Assembly: GCA_028534125.1 (NCBI GenBank)
Contig: CM052817.1
Coordinates: forward strand, 80,788,001 to 80,852,000
Origin: Lama glama
Lineage: Eukaryota
Reading direction: 5' to 3'
Length of the DNA stretch: 64,000 nt
This document shows positions 60,988 through 64,000 of the stretch, piece by piece. The position numbers were made by a program, and so were the translations under genes. Each line of letters opens with the position of its first letter. Position 1 is the first letter of the stretch. The notes under the pieces are model-generated. The model was not told the DNA's origin, searched no databases, and saw only the letters and a list, made by a program, of their open reading frames with translations.

Positions 60988-61563
60988 CTGCATTTGTTTG
61001 TTATTGCTGCATAACAAATTGCCATACACTTAAGCAGCTCCCATCACAGATATTTATTATCTCCCAGTTTTTGCTGGGTCATGGGTCAATAGTCTGGGCA
61101 TGATTAGCAGAATCCCCTGCTCAGGCTCTCACAAGCCAGCAGTTAAGATGTCGGCCCATCTAAAAACTAGATCCTCTTTTCAGCTCACGTGGTTGGTGGC
61201 AGAATTCACACCCATGCAGCTGTAGAAGTCATAGCCACTGACTTCCTCAAGGTCAGCAATAGACAATATCTCTGCTGCTTTCCATCTTTAGTTTCTAGAC
61301 CCACTGAGAGGGCTCTCCTGATGAGGCCAGGCCCATTCAGGATATTTCTCTTTTGATGCACTCAAAATTAACTGATTAGGGATCTTTATAAAATTCTCTT
61401 CATCTTGGCCACCTGGTCAAACATAATCAACAAGACTGATGTCTCATCACCTTTGTTGTGATCTGTTGTTTAGAAGCAGGAAAGTCATTCACAGGTTCCA
61501 TCCACTTTCAGGGAAGGGGACTGCACAGGGACACAACTTGGGTGTGTCTGCCGCAGCTACCAC
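60988..61563 (-). mobile_element. MaLR LTR (MLT1E-like)
   Basis: TTATTGCTGCATAACAAATTGCCA, CTGCTCAGGCTCTCACAAG, TGGCAGAATTCA, CTCAAAATTAACTGATTAGGGA, end CTACCAC. Confidence 0.85.
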
Positions 61564-63720
61564 TGGATAAATCAGAAAAAGACTGAATTCTCGTTTTGTT
61601 TGGAACTTCACTAGTTTGCCGTTTTGAAGACTGCTATCAGGAGCAACAGCGCCTCCCTCTAGCAGCCTGCACTTACAGATGCTCCAGTCACCATGAGTCC
61701 AGAGCCCACACAGCGACTGCTTCACTATGTCTTCCAGAGTACACAACTTTATATCAACTTTACACAAACCATTCTCTCTTATTTTCTTTATATGATGCTT
61801 AACTTAATGCATTGTATAGACTTAAAAAATTGTGTGTAAGTAGTTTGTGTTTGCCTCTGAAGTTAATGTTTGAACAATAAGGCAGCATTACAAAATATCT
61901 GTTTAGAAATGAAAGGATACATCTAGTCAGGTTGAAATGCACTGTGATGAAGAGTTATAGTTTAAATGTTTTCAAGTGAATGAACTGAGACTTTCAGCCA
62001 CAACCCTAATCCATTAGCATATAATCATTTATCAGATTAATCCGAAGGCATGGAAGGTCTGCCCTCGAATGAATTACATAAAATAGCTAAACTGTGAAAC
62101 TGAGAAGAGAAGAGAGTATGCACAACAAGGTGAGGAAGGCAGGAGTGCATGTTGATTACCAGGCAGCCAGGGGCTTCTCTGCCAGGCAAGATAGAGGAGT
62201 CTGGGAAGTGGACCCCGAATGTGGGATTTATAGGCACATATGGATCCCTTGCAAAAGACAAAATAGTGGACTTTGTTTTTTTGGCTTAGGGTGACTCCAA
62301 TAAAAACAAACGAAGTCTACAGCATGCAATGTTGTACTTACTGAATATTTTGATAACCAACTTTGAAACTAAACAGATTATTTGCAAACTGATGCTAATG
62401 GACTGGGATTATTAAAAGGCTATATTCCCCACCCCCCTGCCCAAGAATAAAGACTCTGTCTTCTTCTTCCTTTCTCTCTCTCTCCCACCCCCTTTTCCAT
62501 CTTTGGAAAAAAAAAATCAGCAGAGCGTAGCCAACATGTTGACATTCAGACCACATCAGGTACAGCATAGTACTTGCATAATAGGACTGTCAGTGATTTC
62601 TCCAGTGGGCAGACAGTAACTACGGGTGCCTCTCTGAAAGAAGTAGTTCCTAATTACTACATTGGTTTAGTGCTCATCTCTGTCTGCCCAAAGTTTCAGG
62701 GAGCCCAAGGGAGTGGCTCTCTTTTGCTCTGTTGAGAAAGCCATGTTTCTGGACCATTGTGCTGTCTGCCTCACTTGTTGACAACACTGGATTTCCGTGG
62801 GGACAATCTTGGTTTTTTTACGTAGAGAAAGGGGTACAGTACTTGAGGAAGCAGTGGGTTCCTTAACTTCAGTATTAAAGGAAGGGCTGGGAAAGTTTCA
62901 AGGGTAAGAGAGAACACTGGGAATTTTCTGTCACAAATTCTCATATTTAACTTGAATACAACCTGAGCAAGGGTGACAAGATGTACTAAGCTTTAGGAAT
63001 AGCCATTCATATCTCATTTCTTAAGACTTGGGTAGCTTATCAAAAAGTAATTAATGTGGAGTACAGAGAATACCTGATGGGTACAGAGAATGACCTACTG
63101 GGTAGAGGATTTTGCCTTGGAAGAGCCTTCTTAATGGGATTTTACATGTTTAAAAGGCTAACAACTTCTTACAAAACCATTCTAGTCATTTTCCAAACAT
63201 AAGCTTAGGTACTCAATGTGAAAATTTACATTTATAAATTCACATTTATAAATATAAATGCTGAATTTAGGAAGGAGAATTCAAAGCAGCTGCACTGAAA
63301 ATAGTTATTTTTGTTTATATGCAATTTTTATACTGAGAAGATGCATTGTAGCTGGCATGAATGTCTTAGCCCCCAACTTCTTCTAACAGCCTTTCTGAAT
63401 GATTTTCTTTTTTCTCTGCTCCTTATCTTCCTAAGATAGATAATTTGGAAGGTAAAAAAGAGATGCATATGTTGCAGGGTACTTTCTATTGTACACTATG
63501 TTGATGGGGGATTTGGCCTGGTTTATGATCATTGCATGTGGTACTGAGCTTGTTTGCAGTTCTGTGTACAATCAATTGACCTATTATATCTACTAAGCAT
63601 CTTTGGCAATAAGATAAATGATAAAAGATAGTCTATGTGAAGATATATTCAAAGATTGGAAAACTGATTGTGTGAATTAAGTCAGCAACAGTACTGGCAG
63701 AAACCAATGGGAATTAAGAC

Positions 63721-63740
63721 GTGTGTGTGTGTGTGTGTGT
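63721..63740. repeat. (GT)10 microsatellite
   Basis: Read directly. Confidence 0.95.
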
Positions 63741-64000
63741 ACACATCTCACTTTCAAAACGTAAGAACTTCCCAGAGGCCACACACTCTTTGAAGCTCCT
63801 CAGAATACGGAAACTGAAGCAACGTCAGCATGGTTACCCATGACCCTCATGTATAAAAGAGACTTGTAACAGCAAGCACCCAGTCTGGCCTGTGGAGTTC
63901 AGATCTAGGTTAACTCACCAAAAGCCCGTTCACCAAATGACCAGGCTCCAATTCACATCTACTTTCTTAAGTGATCTGGCCCCTCGTCGCCTCTCCGAGC

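Noticed and set aside
1..64000. Conserved miRNA, snoRNA or processed pseudogene
   Set aside because: By-eye comparison with recalled mature miRNA sequences gave only short partial matches, and no pseudogene-like ORF remnant was seen; an Rfam/BLAST search would be needed to exclude them fully

Overview
Mammalian non-coding, AT-rich, repeat-dense DNA, most likely from a camelid (inferred from two tRNA-derived SINEs of the camelid Vic type and three copies of a lineage-type L1 3' end). I see no recognisable protein-coding gene, tRNA, rRNA or canonical miRNA gene. The only ORFs with recognisable homology are fossil L1 ORF2 fragments (endonuclease about 45820-46750, reverse transcriptase about 49730-50270) and a fossil hAT-Charlie transposase C-terminus (about 15850-16060). 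Much of the window is L1, L2, MIR, MaLR/ERVL LTRs and DNA-transposon relics, plus two 500-N assembly gaps. The most notable items are: a well-preserved ERV1-type solo LTR (14743-15278) with 4-bp TSD, TATA box, polyA signal, octamer and repeated CCAAT-like units; a CpG-enriched promoter-like region (about 6540-7420) followed by splice signals that could form an unannotated plus-strand transcript; an L1 whose 5'UTR is fused directly to ORF2 with ORF1 missing; a MER53 hairpin carrying a miR-1302-like sequence; and several TSD-flanked recent insertions. I found no convincing evidence of a novel biological system. All repeat family names come from recalled consensus similarity, not from a database search, and most repeat boundaries are approximate.
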